DNA of 64,000 nucleotides. Source: an uncultured Hyphomicrobiales bacterium. Lineage in GTDB: Bacteria > Pseudomonadota > Alphaproteobacteria > Rhizobiales > Kaistiaceae. This document shows, piece after piece, positions 1 through 9,840 of this stretch. Made by a program: the position numbers and the translations under genes. The notes under the pieces are model-generated. The model did no database searches. It worked only from the letters and a program-made list of their open reading frames with translations, and was not told the DNA's origin. Every line of letters starts with the position of its first letter. Positions within the stretch are counted from its first letter, which is position 1. Where the stretch lies: NCBI GenBank assembly GCA_964483325.1, contig CAZAAW010000002.1:88226-152225 (forward strand), written 5' to 3'.

Positions 1-2899
1 TGGCGAGCGTCGTCATGATGATCGGCCGGAAGCGCGTCTGGCCGGCCAGCACCAGCGCCTCGCGCAGCGGCATGCCTTCCCGCACGTGCTGGTTGGCGTT
101 GTCGACCAGGAGGATGGCGTTCTTGGTGACGAGACCCATCAGCAGGATGAAGCCGATGGCCGACATCATGTTGAGCGTCGAGCCGGTGACCAGGAGGCCG
201 ATGAGCACGCCGACCAGCGACAGCGGCAGCGACACCATGATCGCCAGCGGCTGCAGGAAGCTGCCGAACTGCGAGGCGAGCACGAAGTAGATGAACAGCA
301 CCGCCATGATCAGCGCCGAGCCGGCATAGCCGAGCGATTCGGCCATCGCTTCGGCGTCGCCGCCGAAATTGACGCGGTAGCCGGCCGGCAGGTGCATGCC
401 GTTGATGACGGTCTGCAGTTCCTGGGTGATCTCGCCGATCGGCCGGCCGGTGGTGTTGGCCGTCACCTGCACCTGGCGCGTCATGTCCTGGCGCAGCACC
501 TCCGAGGCGCCGACGGAATTGGTGATGGTGGCGATCTGGTCGAGGCGGATCGTCTTCGGCGTGCCGTCGGCGCCGAGCACCGTCAGCGGCAGGGCCGCGA
601 CCGCGGCGAGGTCGGCGCGCTGGCCTTCCGGCAGCCGCACGACGACGTCGTAGTTCTCGCCCTGCGGCGAGGTCCAGCTCGTCGCGGTGTCGCCCGACAG
701 CATCGGCCGCAGCGCCGCCGCCACCTGCTGCATGCCGACGCCGAGATCGCTGGCGAGGTCGCGGTCGATACGGATGCCGAGGATCGGCCGCCGCTCCTGC
801 AGCGTCGTGTCGACATCGGCGGTGCCGCGGATGGCGCGCAGCTTGTCGGCGAGATCGTCGGAAATCGTCTTCAGCGTATCGATATTGTCGCCGAGCACGT
901 TGACCTGGATCGGCGCCTCGCTGCCGGCGATGCCCGGCTGCGACAGCGACACTTTGATGCCGGCAATGCGGGTGAGCTTCTCGCGCACCTCGACGGCGAC
1001 GTCGTTGGCCGACCGCTCGCGCGCCTCGTGCGGCACCAGCTTGACGTAGATGCTGGCCCGGTTGGTGCCGCGGCTCTGGCCGCCATTCACCTGGGTATAG
1101 ACGTCCTGCACCTCCGGCACGGCGTGGAGCACGGTCTCGACCTGCCGGACCTTGGCGATGGTGTAGTCGGTCGCCGAGCCGACTGGCGTCGACATGTCGA
1201 GCTGGAACTCGCCCTGGTCCTGCTGCGGCGCGAACTCGGCGCCGATGCGCGGCACCATCATGACGCTGCCGACGAACAGCACCAGCACGGCGGCCAGGGT
1301 GAGTAGCCGGTGCCCCAGCGCCCAGCGGATGAGCCGGGTATAGAGCCGGGCGATGCGCTCGAAGCCCTTGTCGAACAGCCCGACGGTGCGGCCGATGATG
1401 CTGCGCTTGGCGTTGGGTTGCGCCGCCGGGTCGTACCAGACGCTGGACAGCATCGGGTCGAGCGTGAAGCTGACGAACAGCGAGATCATCACCGCCACGG
1501 CGATGGTGACGCCGAACTGCAGGAAGAAGCGGCCGATGATGCCGCCCATGAAGGCGACCGGCAGGAACACGGCGACGATCGACAGCGACGTCGCCAGCAC
1601 GGCGAGGCCGATCTCCTTGGTGCCTTCAAGCGCGGCGCGGCGGTGGCTCTTCCCCATATGCAGGTGGCGCGTGATGTTCTCGCGCACGACGATGGCGTCG
1701 TCGATGAGGATGCCGATGGCGAGCGACAGCGCCATCAGCGTCAGCATGTTGAGGGTGAAGCCGAGGAAATAGACGGCGCTGAAGGTGCCGATCACCGACA
1801 CCGGCAGGGTAAGGCCGGTGATGACGGTCGAGCGCCAGGAATTGAGGAACAGGAAGACGATCAGCACCGCCAGGACGCCGCCCTCGATGAGCGTCGTCTG
1901 GACGTCGTCGACGGAATTGCGCACCGGGATCGAGCCGTCGCGCACGACATTGAGGGTGATGGTGGAAGGCAGCTCGCGGCGCAGCTCGTCCAGCGTCTTG
2001 TCGATGCCGTCGGCGACGGTGATCGTGTTGGCGCCGGGGATCTTGACGATGTCGATGGCGACCGACTGGGCGCCGTTGAAGATGGCGCGGCTGGTCTCGT
2101 CGGCCTGGCCGTCGACGATGCTGGCGACCTGCCAGAGATAGACCGGCTGGCCGCCGCGGCGCGCCACCACCAGCTTGCGGAACTCCTGCGGGTCCTCGAT
2201 GACCCCCTCGACCTCGATGTCGCGCTCGCTGACGCCGACCGTGACGGAGCCGGCCGGAATGTTGCGGTTCTCGTTCTGCAGCGCGCTGATGATGTCGTTG
2301 ACGCCGACGCCGAGCGACTGCATCGCGTCGTTGTCGGCGAAGATGTTGATCTGGCGCTTGACGCCGCCGACCAGCGTCGCCGAGCCGACGCCCGGCACCA
2401 CAGTCAGGCGGTCGACGATCAGCTGATCGGCAACGGTGGTGAGATCGCGCAGCGGCAGGCCGTCGGAGCTGACGATGACCGACATGATCGGTATCGCCGA
2501 CGGGTCGAAGCGCATCACCTGCGGCTTGCCGGCGGCGTCCGGCAGGTCGGCCTCGATCGTCGCCAGCTTGTCGCGCACATCCTGCGCCGCCGTCGCCGAA
2601 TCGACGTCGAGGTTGAACTGGGCGATGACCACCGAGATGCCCGGGTAGGACCGGGACCCGAGCTTGTCGAGGCCGCTGACGGTGTTGACGACGTTCTCGA
2701 TCGGCCGCGTGATGTCCGACTCGACGGCCTCCGGCGTGGCGCCAGTATAGTCCGTCTGCACCACCACCACCGGGAAGTCGATATTGGGGAACAGCTCGAC
2801 CGGCGTGCGCTGGTACGAGAAATAGCCCAGCACGGCGATGGCGAGCATGATCATCGTCGCGAAGACGGGATGACCGACGCTGATGCGAGTGAGAAACAT
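1..2899 (-). CDS. RND (AcrB/HAE1-type) efflux permease, C-terminal end cut by window edge
   Basis: Absent from the ORF track because it has no stop inside the window. Manual minus-strand translation from the ATG at 2899 gives [69 protein letters not shown], a canonical AcrB N-terminus. The frame is still open at nt 1-58 ([19 protein letters not shown]). It starts 15 nt after the stop of the adaptor gene. Confidence 0.9.
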   Translation of the reverse strand, partial: MFLTRISVGHPVFATMIMLAIAVLGYFSYQRTPVELFPNIDFPVVVVQTDYTGATPEAVESDITRPIENVVNTVSGLDKLGSRSYPGISVVIAQFNLDVDSATAAQDVRDKLATIEADLPDAAGKPQVMRFDPSAIPIMSVIVSSDGLPLRDLTTVADQLIVDRLTVVPGVGSATLVGGVKRQINIFADNDAMQSLGVGVNDIISALQNENRNIPAGSVTVGVSERDIEVEGVIEDPQEFRKLVVARRGGQPVYLWQVASIVDGQADETSRAIFNGAQSVAIDIVKIPGANTITVADGIDKTLDELRRELPSTITLNVVRDGSIPVRNSVDDVQTTLIEGGVLAVLIVFLFLNSWRSTVITGLTLPVSVIGTFSAVYFLGFTLNMLTLMALSLAIGILIDDAIVVRENITRHLHMGKSHRRAALEGTKEIGLAVLATSLSIVAVFLPVAFMGGIIGRFFLQFGVTIAVAVMISLFVSFTLDPMLSSVWYDPAAQPNAKRSIIGRTVGLFDKGFERIARLYTRLIRWALGHRLLTLAAVLVLFVGSVMMVPRIGAEFAPQQDQGEFQLDMSTPVGSATDYTIAKVRQVETVLHAVPEVQDVYTQVNGGQSRGTNRASIYVKLVPHEARERSANDVAVEVREKLTRIAGIKVSLSQPGIAGSEAPIQVNVLGDNIDTLKTISDDLADKLRAIRGTADVDTTLQERRPILGIRIDRDLASDLGVGMQQVAAALRPMLSGDTATSWTSPQGENYDVVVRLPEGQRADLAAVAALPLTVLGADGTPKTIRLDQIATITNSVGASEVLRQDMTRQVQVTANTTGRPIGEITQELQTVINGMHLPAGYRVNFGGDAEAMAESLGYAGSALIMAVLFIYFVLASQFGSFLQPLAIMVSLPLSLVGVLIGLLVTGSTLNMMSAIGFILLMGLVTKNAILLVDNANQHVREGMPLREALVLAGQTRFRPIIMTTLA

Positions 2900-2914
2900 G
2901 GCGGTCGCCTGCGG

Positions 2915-4114
2915 CTAGCTCTGTTCGACGGTGACGGCTTCGCCCGCGGCGAGCGTCGGCAGCGGCGCCGTGACGATCGTGTCGCCGGGCGCGACGCCCG
3001 TGGCGATCTCCACCGTCTGGCCATTGTTCCAGGTGCGCGCCGTCGTCACCGCGCGCCGCTCCAGCTTGCCGCCGGTAATGGCGAGCACGAAGCTGCCCTG
3101 GTCGTCGGTGCGGATCGCCGTCGCCGGCAGGGCGATGGCCCCGTCCTTGCTCTCGGTCGTCACCTCGCCGGAGGTGAACATGCCGCCCTTGAGGATGCCG
3201 CCCGGATTGTCGAGCGTCAGGTAGACCGGGATGGTGCGGGTTGCGGCAAGCGCCACCGGGCTGATGCGGTCGATGCGGGCGGGAAAGGTCTGTCCCTCGA
3301 TGCCGTCGACGCGCAGGTCGGCGGTCTGGCCGACCTCGACCGAACCGATGACGCTGGACGGGATGACGACCTCGACCTCGAGCTGGCTTGTGTCGACGAG
3401 GGTCAGCAGCTGCGTGCCGATGGCGACGGTGTCGCCGGGATCGACGCGCCGCTCGGAAACGACGCCGTCGAAGGGCGCGACGATCGTCGCGTAGCCAAGC
3501 TGGGTCTCGGCGGATTTCAGCTGCGTGCGCATGCCGGCGACGTTCGCCTCGGCGGCGGTGACATCGTTTTCGGCCTTGTCGAGGGTGTTGCGGGCGCTGA
3601 CATTGCGCTCCACCAGCCGGCGGGTGTTGTCCAGCGTCGTCTGGGCGAGCTTCAGCTGCGCTTCGGCGGAGGCGAGGTTGCTCGTCGCCTGGTCGACCTG
3701 GAGCTGCAGCTGTGTCGGGTCGAAGCGGATCAGCACGTCGCCTGCCTTGACGGTCTGGCCGGCCTTGACCGTCACTTCCATCAGCGGCGCGGCGACCTGC
3801 GCGGCGAGCACGGAGCGGCGCGTCGGGTTGAGCGTGCCGGTGAGGCGGATCGTCGATCGCAGGTTCTGCGGTGCCACCACCGCCACCTCGACGGGGCTGA
3901 GGGCCATCGGCGCCACCGCCGCCGTCACGCTGGTGTCCGGCGCCGGCGGCGGCGTGCGGCCGAACAGCCACCAGCCGGCGCCGAGCGTCACGACGACAAG
4001 CACGATCCAGCCGATCCAGCCGCGGCTGCGCCGCGCCTTGGGGCTTTCGCCGGCCGGCGTGGAGGCGGCGTCGGTGCCGGACTTGGTCGTCGGCTCAGGG
4101 GCTTTCACGGACAT
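2915..4114 (-). CDS. RND efflux periplasmic adaptor (membrane fusion protein, HlyD/AcrA family)
   Basis: 399-aa ORF with an N-terminal TM anchor (WIGWIVLVVVTLGAGWWLF), then coiled-coil and beta-barrel regions typical of MFPs. It lies directly upstream of the RND permease. Confidence 0.9.
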   Translation of the reverse strand: MSVKAPEPTTKSGTDAASTPAGESPKARRSRGWIGWIVLVVVTLGAGWWLFGRTPPPAPDTSVTAAVAPMALSPVEVAVVAPQNLRSTIRLTGTLNPTRRSVLAAQVAAPLMEVTVKAGQTVKAGDVLIRFDPTQLQLQVDQATSNLASAEAQLKLAQTTLDNTRRLVERNVSARNTLDKAENDVTAAEANVAGMRTQLKSAETQLGYATIVAPFDGVVSERRVDPGDTVAIGTQLLTLVDTSQLEVEVVIPSSVIGSVEVGQTADLRVDGIEGQTFPARIDRISPVALAATRTIPVYLTLDNPGGILKGGMFTSGEVTTESKDGAIALPATAIRTDDQGSFVLAITGGKLERRAVTTARTWNNGQTVEIATGVAPGDTIVTAPLPTLAAGEAVTVEQS

Positions 4115-4122
4115 GTATCCTT

Positions 4123-4620
4123 TCAGGCGCGCTCGGCAGAAGCCGTGTAGCGGCGCACGAAATCGGCCAGGTTCTCGGCGGCAGCCTGCTGGAATCGGGC
4201 AAATTCCTTGAGGCGCGCAGCAGCTGCGGCATTGTCGGGGCCGACGCGATCGGCAATGCCGTTGATGATCTCGCTGGTCCGGCGCATGCGGCCCATGAGG
4301 ATCGCCATCATGCGGGCGTAGCGGTTGGGGGACAGGCGGTAATAGTCCTGGCGGTCGCCGGGAACGGCGACGCGCTCGAGAAAGCCGAACTGCGCCAGGT
4401 TGCGCACATTGGTGCTGACGCTGGCGCGGCTGACCTGCAGGCGCTCCGCCAGCTCGCGCAGGCCCATGACGCGGTCTTCGGCGAGGAACAGGCCGACGAT
4501 GCGGCCGCTGATGCGCGGCTGGTTGTCCTCCTGCGCAAACAGGCCCATCTGCTCGACGAATTCGTCGAGCGGATCGCGGGCCGCGTCCTGGGCGGCGCGT
4601 TGCGGGGAGACGTGTTCCAT
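4123..4620 (-). CDS. GbsR/MarR-family winged-helix transcriptional regulator
   Basis: wHTH signature (LRELAERLQVSRASVSTNVRNLAQFGFLERV). I chose the internal Met (MEHVSPQ) at 4620 because AAGGAA lies 5 nt upstream. First gene of the efflux operon. Confidence 0.8.
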   Translation of the reverse strand: MEHVSPQRAAQDAARDPLDEFVEQMGLFAQEDNQPRISGRIVGLFLAEDRVMGLRELAERLQVSRASVSTNVRNLAQFGFLERVAVPGDRQDYYRLSPNRYARMMAILMGRMRRTSEIINGIADRVGPDNAAAAARLKEFARFQQAAAENLADFVRRYTASAERA

Positions 4621-4769
4621 GCCGATTCCTTCTGGCCGGTTCCCTTCAGTCGGCCGATGACGTAGGGAGCGCACATCGTTCAGTCAAGACTGAACAGAGT
4701 GACAATTTGTTGCGACGCACAAAATGGTGAACGCCGTATTGGCCCTGGCCCCTGGGGCAGGAGCGGCCG

Positions 4770-5324
4770 CTATGGGCCGGGCGGCGCGACGGTGAAGACG
4801 ATATCCGTCGGCTGGAAGCCGTCGCGCTCGACGAGGAGCTGGTAGGCGCCTTCGGCGGTGCGCATGGTGACGGTCGCCGTCGCCGGCGCCTTGCTGCGGG
4901 CGTCGACATAGCTTGCCGTGAAGGACAGCGCATCGTCCTCGGCGACGGTTCCGGCGAGAGCCGCCTCGGTCTCCATCTGCGGCGTCGCCAGGGCGCCGCT
5001 ATAGGTTCCGTCTGGCTCGGCGACGATGCGGCCGGATATTGTCGCGGTGTTGTTGCCGACGGCGCAGCGGCCCTTCTGGGTCAGGGTGGTCCCGGCTTCG
5101 TCGAGGCTGTTGGTGACGCGGCAATAGACGCGCTCCGGCGCCGCTTCGGCGTTCTGGCGCATCATGCCGCGGCCGACCCATTCGCCGGCCATCTGCGCCA
5201 GCCGGGCATCGGCAGCGGCAACCGCCGGGGCGCTCAGCCCGATGGCGACGAGGGCGAGGACTGCGGCAGCGCAGGCCCTGCTGCGCCGGTTTCTGGATCC
5301 TTCCGAGTGCTGCCGCCAAACCAT
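4770..5324 (-). CDS. secreted hypothetical protein (signal peptide)
   Basis: The N-terminus RNRRSRACAAAVLALVAIGLSAPAVAAADA looks like a Sec signal. I recognise no family. It overlaps the 3' end of the upstream MMPL gene by about 90 nt, so the start is uncertain. Confidence 0.5.
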   Translation of the reverse strand: MVWRQHSEGSRNRRSRACAAAVLALVAIGLSAPAVAAADARLAQMAGEWVGRGMMRQNAEAAPERVYCRVTNSLDEAGTTLTQKGRCAVGNNTATISGRIVAEPDGTYSGALATPQMETEAALAGTVAEDDALSFTASYVDARSKAPATATVTMRTAEGAYQLLVERDGFQPTDIVFTVAPPGP

Positions 5325-7579
5325 CGCCGTCCCGGTCCTGCTATCAGCGCCGGCAGGACGATGAGATCGCCCAGGACGCCGACGGCAAGGGTAATCATCA
5401 CCAGCTGCCCGAACAAGAAAGCGCCGGGCAGGCTGCTGGTTGCTGTCGTCGAGAGGCCGGCGAGGATGACCATCGTGGTGCCGATGATCACCGGCCCGAT
5501 GCGCCGCGCCGTCGCCTGGACGCGCTCGTTGAGGCTGCCGCCGCCATGTTCGCCGCGCAGCAGCGCATTGAGATAGTGGACCGTATCGTCGACGGCGATG
5601 CCATAGGCGATGGTCAGCGACACGACGGTGGTGAATTGCAGGCCGCGGCCCTGGACGTAGAGGAGGGCGCCGGTCGCCAGCAGCGGCAACAGGTTGGGCA
5701 CCAGCGCCAGCCAGCCGATGGCCGGCAGGCGAAAGGCGATCACCATCACCAGCAGCGCCGCGACGATGTCGCTGGCAAGGTTCCAGTTGAGCGCCGAGAT
5801 CGTGCGCGTGCTCTCGCGCGCCGTCACCACCGTCGCGCCGGTGACGATGGCATCGGGCGCCGCGGCGTGGGCCGCCGCCTCGATGCGCTCCGCCAGCGCC
5901 TCCGTCGCCTCGGTGGAGGCCTCGTTGACGGTGACGGTGATGACCGCCCCGGCCGCGCCGGTGAAGCGCTGCCCGGCGGCGCCGATGGAATCGTTGAGGA
6001 GCGCGTCGACGCGCCGGCTGGTATCGGCCGCGTCGGCGCCGCCGATCCAGTGGGCGATGCTGGCGACCGACATCGGGGCGTGAACGCCAGGGATCGCTGT
6101 CACCGCGTCCTGCACGGCGCCGATCCGCGCCAACCCTTCCGGGGAAGTCGGCGCCGCGCCGTGCAGCGGCACGATGATGTCGACCGGGAAGGCGCCGCCG
6201 AGCTTCTGGTCGATGCGGCCGAGGGCGGCATTGGCGGGATTGTCGCGCGGCAGGTGCTCGCGCACCGAATGCTCCACCGGCAGGGCGAGATAAGCGGCGC
6301 CGAAGACGAAGACGAGCAGCACCGCGGCGATGCTGATCGGCCAGGCATGGCGGGTGGAGAAACGGCCGATGGCGGCGCTCGGCCCGGCAAGCCAGCCGAA
6401 CAGGCTGTCGGTCAGCGAGCGGTCGACGCGCCAGCGGTCGCCGAGCAGCACGGCGATGAAGGCATGCACGGACAGGACGATGGCGGCCCCGGCCATGCTC
6501 GCGGCGGCGCCCAGCCAGCCGAATTCGCTGATCAGGCCGATGTCGGAATAGGTCAGCGACAGGAAGGCGACCGCCGTGGTGATGGCCGTCAGCATGCAGG
6601 CCGGCGCCACTTCCAGCAGCGCCAGCCGCTCGGCCTCGCGGGCCGAAGCGCCCTGGTCGCGATAGCGCCGCCAGGCATAGTTGAGATGCATCGTGTCGGC
6701 GTAGCCGATCACCATCACCAGGGCCGGGATGACATTGGTGATGACGGTGATGGGAAGGCCGAGCGCGCCGGTCCAGCCGAGGACGATGAGGCCGCCGGCG
6801 GCTCCCGGAACGGCGGTCATCAGCGAGGCGGTGCCGGAGCGGAAGAGGATCAGGCTGATGATGAGACCGATGACGAGGCCGACGCCGTTGAGCACGAACT
6901 GGTCGCGCAGCAGAAGGTCGACGACGCCGTAGCGGATGGCCGGAAAGCCGGTGACGGTGACGTTGACGCCGCTGCCTGCCAGCGTCGTCCTGGCCGCCTG
7001 TTCGACGGCAGCGCTGAGGCCGCGCTGTTCATCCAGCGTCGCCCGCGGCTTCGTCGGCGTCACCACGAACAGCATGGCGCGGGCATCGGCCGACAGGAGG
7101 CGCTCGCCGAGCAGCGGGTGAGCGCGGATGGCGGCGACGAGATCCGGCGACAGGCCGGCGGCGGGATCGGCGATGAGCGGCGGCGGCGTGTCGCCGTCGG
7201 CGGCCGGCGGCTGGCGCAGCGAGAACAGAGAGAAGACGCTGGAAACGCCGTCGATCAGCTGCAGCTCGAACTGGAAATCCTGCAGCCGCGGAAAGGTCGC
7301 CGGCGACCCGAGGTCGCCCTCGGCGAGGACCAGCAGCTCGTTCTCCGGATCGGCGAGGTCGCCGGTGGCGGCGACGAAGGTGCGGTAGGTCTCGGTGTCG
7401 CCGCTGAAGACGTCGCGCATCTCCTGGTCGAAGGAGACATGGAAGAGGCCGTAGATGGCCACGGCGGCAAGCACCGCCAGGATGGCCGCCATGAGCCGCG
7501 GCCGCTCCAGCGTCAAGAGGCCGACGCGCTCGAGCCCGAAGCCGAGGCTGAAGCGCGGGATGCGCAGGCGCCAGGCCAA
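5234..7579 (-). CDS. MMPL/RND-superfamily transporter
   Basis: 781 aa with two blocks of about 6 TM helices separated by soluble loops, the usual MMPL architecture. Confidence 0.85.
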   Translation of the reverse strand: MAWRLRIPRFSLGFGLERVGLLTLERPRLMAAILAVLAAVAIYGLFHVSFDQEMRDVFSGDTETYRTFVAATGDLADPENELLVLAEGDLGSPATFPRLQDFQFELQLIDGVSSVFSLFSLRQPPAADGDTPPPLIADPAAGLSPDLVAAIRAHPLLGERLLSADARAMLFVVTPTKPRATLDEQRGLSAAVEQAARTTLAGSGVNVTVTGFPAIRYGVVDLLLRDQFVLNGVGLVIGLIISLILFRSGTASLMTAVPGAAGGLIVLGWTGALGLPITVITNVIPALVMVIGYADTMHLNYAWRRYRDQGASAREAERLALLEVAPACMLTAITTAVAFLSLTYSDIGLISEFGWLGAAASMAGAAIVLSVHAFIAVLLGDRWRVDRSLTDSLFGWLAGPSAAIGRFSTRHAWPISIAAVLLVFVFGAAYLALPVEHSVREHLPRDNPANAALGRIDQKLGGAFPVDIIVPLHGAAPTSPEGLARIGAVQDAVTAIPGVHAPMSVASIAHWIGGADAADTSRRVDALLNDSIGAAGQRFTGAAGAVITVTVNEASTEATEALAERIEAAAHAAAPDAIVTGATVVTARESTRTISALNWNLASDIVAALLVMVIAFRLPAIGWLALVPNLLPLLATGALLYVQGRGLQFTTVVSLTIAYGIAVDDTVHYLNALLRGEHGGGSLNERVQATARRIGPVIIGTTMVILAGLSTTATSSLPGAFLFGQLVMITLAVGVLGDLIVLPALIAGPGRRWFGGSTRKDPETGAAGPALPQSSPSSPSG

Positions 7580-7826
7580 GCCGCTCTCCTAGCGGGTGCC
7601 CGGCGATAGCCGGCGGAAGGCTGCCCGCGTCATTTGCTGTTCCTCCCCGGCACGGCGCGCGGTCCGGCTTAGCCGAGGTGCGCCGGCGAAGTCAAAGACC
7701 GGCCGCCGCCCGGGATCGCGGCTTGACGCCGGCGCCAGCGCCAGGGTTGGCTTTTGCCGCTGCCGCCCGCCGGGCGGGACCGGAGCCGCGGCCGTGGATC
7801 ACCCTTTCACCAACGTCCAGTGGTTC

Positions 7827-9026
7827 ATGTCCGGTCAGCGCAACACGGCCTATTTCGGCGCCTTCACCGCCCGGCCGCTGTCGCCGGACGACGTGCGCGA
7901 GACGGTGCGGCGCATGCTGGCGCTGGCGCCGCAGTTCAACTGGCGCGAGGACCGGCGCGGGCAGCGCCACGTCGATGCGCGGCCTTTCGCGCTGGACGAT
8001 ATCATCCGCTACGAGACAGTCGAGACGCTGGACGGTCTTCCCGACATGGCGCTCGGCGCCCGGCCTGAGATCTTCGACGATTCGCGCCTGCCGGCGCTGC
8101 GCGTCGCCTGCTGGACGCGGCGCACGCCCATTCCGGACGGGCCGAACGCCTTCCTGCTGCTGCAAGCCTCGCATGCCCTCGGCGAGGGCGCCGATACGGC
8201 CGCCATCCTGCGCGGCCGCCCGGTGCTGCGCGCCGCCGCCGCGGCGCCGCAGGGCAGCCGGCTGATGCGCCTGCTGGCGCTGCCGCTCGCCTTCGTCATC
8301 GCACCGCTGCATCTCGTCGCGGCGCGCTTCCGGCGCCGCCATCGGCGACCCCTGGTGTTCCGCACGCTGGTCATCGACCGCGGCAGCGTCAAGGCGGCGG
8401 CGCGGCGGCTGGGCGTGCGCCAGAGCGCCCTGCTGTTCGGACTGGTGCTGTTCGTCCTGTTCGTCGGCCGCCGTGGCCTTGCCGGCCGCAAGCCCATCGT
8501 CTTCGGCCATTCGCATCTCCCGGCGGCGCCGCAGCCGGGCGACGACGGCTTCATCCGCATGCGCATGCGTACCGGCATGGCGTGGCCGAAGCGCGATGTC
8601 GCCGCCTTCGTCCAGGCGCTCGGCCGGCGCCTCGCCCGCACCCGGCGTCCCGACGGCGGCGGCCAGGTGCTGCAGATGGCGGCGCTCGGCGTCCACCGGC
8701 GCCTCGCCCGGCTGCTGCCGTTCCTCTACGGACCGCGGTTCTTCGCCTATGTGCCCTACGACTTCATCCTGGCGGTGCTGCCGCCGCATCGCCGTACCGG
8801 CGCCTTCGCCGATCTCGCCTTCCGCGATGTCTATGCCGGGGCGCATACGCCGGGCATCGGCAGCTGTGTCCTGGTCCCGCAGGGCGACAGGATCAGCCTG
8901 AACTTCCTTCTGGATGGGGAAGGCGTGGCGCGTTTCGGGCGGCTGACGCCGCTCCTGGCGGCGTTCGGCATCACCACGTGCGATCCGCTGGCGGCCGATC
9001 CGGCGCTGCGGACGGATGCCGCCTGA
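7827..9026 (+). CDS. hypothetical protein, possibly a WS/DGAT-like (condensation-fold) acyltransferase
   Basis: LLLQASHALGEGAD sits where WS/DGAT and PapA enzymes carry HHxxxDG. The C-terminal pattern (VLPPHRRTGAFADLAFRDVYAGAHTPGIGSCVLVPQGDRISLNF) resembles the WS/DGAT C-domain. An alternative GTG start is at 7794. The upstream part of the 476-aa track ORF is Arg-rich and unlikely to be coding. Confidence 0.45.
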   Translation: MSGQRNTAYFGAFTARPLSPDDVRETVRRMLALAPQFNWREDRRGQRHVDARPFALDDIIRYETVETLDGLPDMALGARPEIFDDSRLPALRVACWTRRTPIPDGPNAFLLLQASHALGEGADTAAILRGRPVLRAAAAAPQGSRLMRLLALPLAFVIAPLHLVAARFRRRHRRPLVFRTLVIDRGSVKAAARRLGVRQSALLFGLVLFVLFVGRRGLAGRKPIVFGHSHLPAAPQPGDDGFIRMRMRTGMAWPKRDVAAFVQALGRRLARTRRPDGGGQVLQMAALGVHRRLARLLPFLYGPRFFAYVPYDFILAVLPPHRRTGAFADLAFRDVYAGAHTPGIGSCVLVPQGDRISLNFLLDGEGVARFGRLTPLLAAFGITTCDPLAADPALRTDAA

Positions 9027-9073
9027 CACCGGCCGTGAAAAAGCCGGCCCGCTGGGCGGGCCGGCTCTCCGGA

Positions 9074-9439
9074 TCAGTACCGGTAGTCGTACCGGCGCGG
9101 CGGATCATAACGCCGCGGTGGGTCGTACCGGCGGGGCGGCGTATAGCGCGGCCGCTCGTAGCGGCGCGGCGGCTCATAGCGCTGCCCGCAGCTGCGTGCG
9201 ACGTAGCTGGCGGCGACATAGCCCTGATAGCCGCGATAGCTGACCGTGCACCAGCCACCGCAATCATAGGCGTCGATCGTCGCGCCATACGGGATCGTAT
9301 AGATGACGTCGTAATAGGTTCCGGGGCCGGCGCGAAGGTTAACATCCGCCGTAACGCAGGCGGCGTAGGCATTGGCGATGGCTGGAACAGCAAGGGTTGC
9401 TGCGAAGGCAGCAGCCCCAAGAACAGAACGCATCGTCAT
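9074..9439 (-). CDS. secreted SH3b-like protein with a C-terminal PRRY repeat tail
   Basis: Signal peptide MTMRSVLGAAAFAATLAVPAIANA. SH3b-like core (VNLRAGPGTYYDVIYTIPYGATIDAYDCGGWCTVSYRGYQGYVAASYV). The tail reads RYEPPRRYERPRYTPPRRYDPPRRYDPPRRYDYRY. Confidence 0.7.
   Translation of the reverse strand: MTMRSVLGAAAFAATLAVPAIANAYAACVTADVNLRAGPGTYYDVIYTIPYGATIDAYDCGGWCTVSYRGYQGYVAASYVARSCGQRYEPPRRYERPRYTPPRRYDPPRRYDPPRRYDYRY
9077..9181 (-). repeat. in-frame heptad-like tandem repeat (PPRRYD/E) at the 3' end of the SH3b gene
   Basis: Five consecutive xPRRY(D/E) units are visible in the translation and as about 21-nt DNA periodicity. Confidence 0.6.
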
Positions 9440-9708
9440 GGGAGTCCTCCTAGACGTTTATTCAAAAACGACTGGCAGGAGCGCGGCGTGCGCCACGATC
9501 CCGTTTCCTTACAGGATTATGTCTCACAACGAGCGCCCCACTGACACATCCCGGGCTTCAGCTTAACATGCGACAAGTCGGCCTGCCAGAATTTTGGCGA
9601 TTTGGGACTGGATCCGGGCCGCTCTCGATGACCGCCCCGGCGTCGTTCGCGGCGCTTGCAATCGCCTGGCGCATCGGCGATATAGGCGCCCAGCCGCAAG
9701 GCGCGTGA

Positions 9709-9783
9709 GCGGGTGTAGCTCAGGGGTAGAGCACAACCTTGCCAAGGTTGGGGTCGTGGGTTCGAATCCCATCGCCCGCTCCA
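9709..9783 (+). tRNA. tRNA-Gly (anticodon GCC)
   Basis: GCGGGTGTAGCTCAGGGGTAGAGCACAACCTTGCCAAGGTTGGGGTCGTGGGTTCGAATCCCATCGCCCGCTCCA. It has a 7-bp acceptor stem, the anticodon loop CTTGCCAAG, a GGTTCGAATCC T-loop and an encoded CCA. Confidence 0.95.
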
Positions 9784-9840
9784 GTTTTCCCGGAAGAAAT
9801 CAAAGGCGTAGCGGATGCCCTTCGGGGCATGTCCTGCCCG

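Noticed and set aside
1310-4150. 946-aa plus-strand ORF, and similar ORFs at 86-1306 and 1626-3971 (minus), overlapping the RND permease and adaptor genes
   Set aside because: These are Arg/Gly/Asp/Ala-rich low-complexity translations with no recognisable motif. They lie antisense or out of frame to clearly recognisable AcrB and MFP genes. They are typical shadow ORFs of very GC-rich DNA.
9709-9783. tRNA-Gly as a possible genomic-island integration site
   Set aside because: No integrase, no direct repeat of the tRNA 3' end and no compositional shift appear in the flanking 5 kb. The downstream genes are ordinary (SDR, vapBC).
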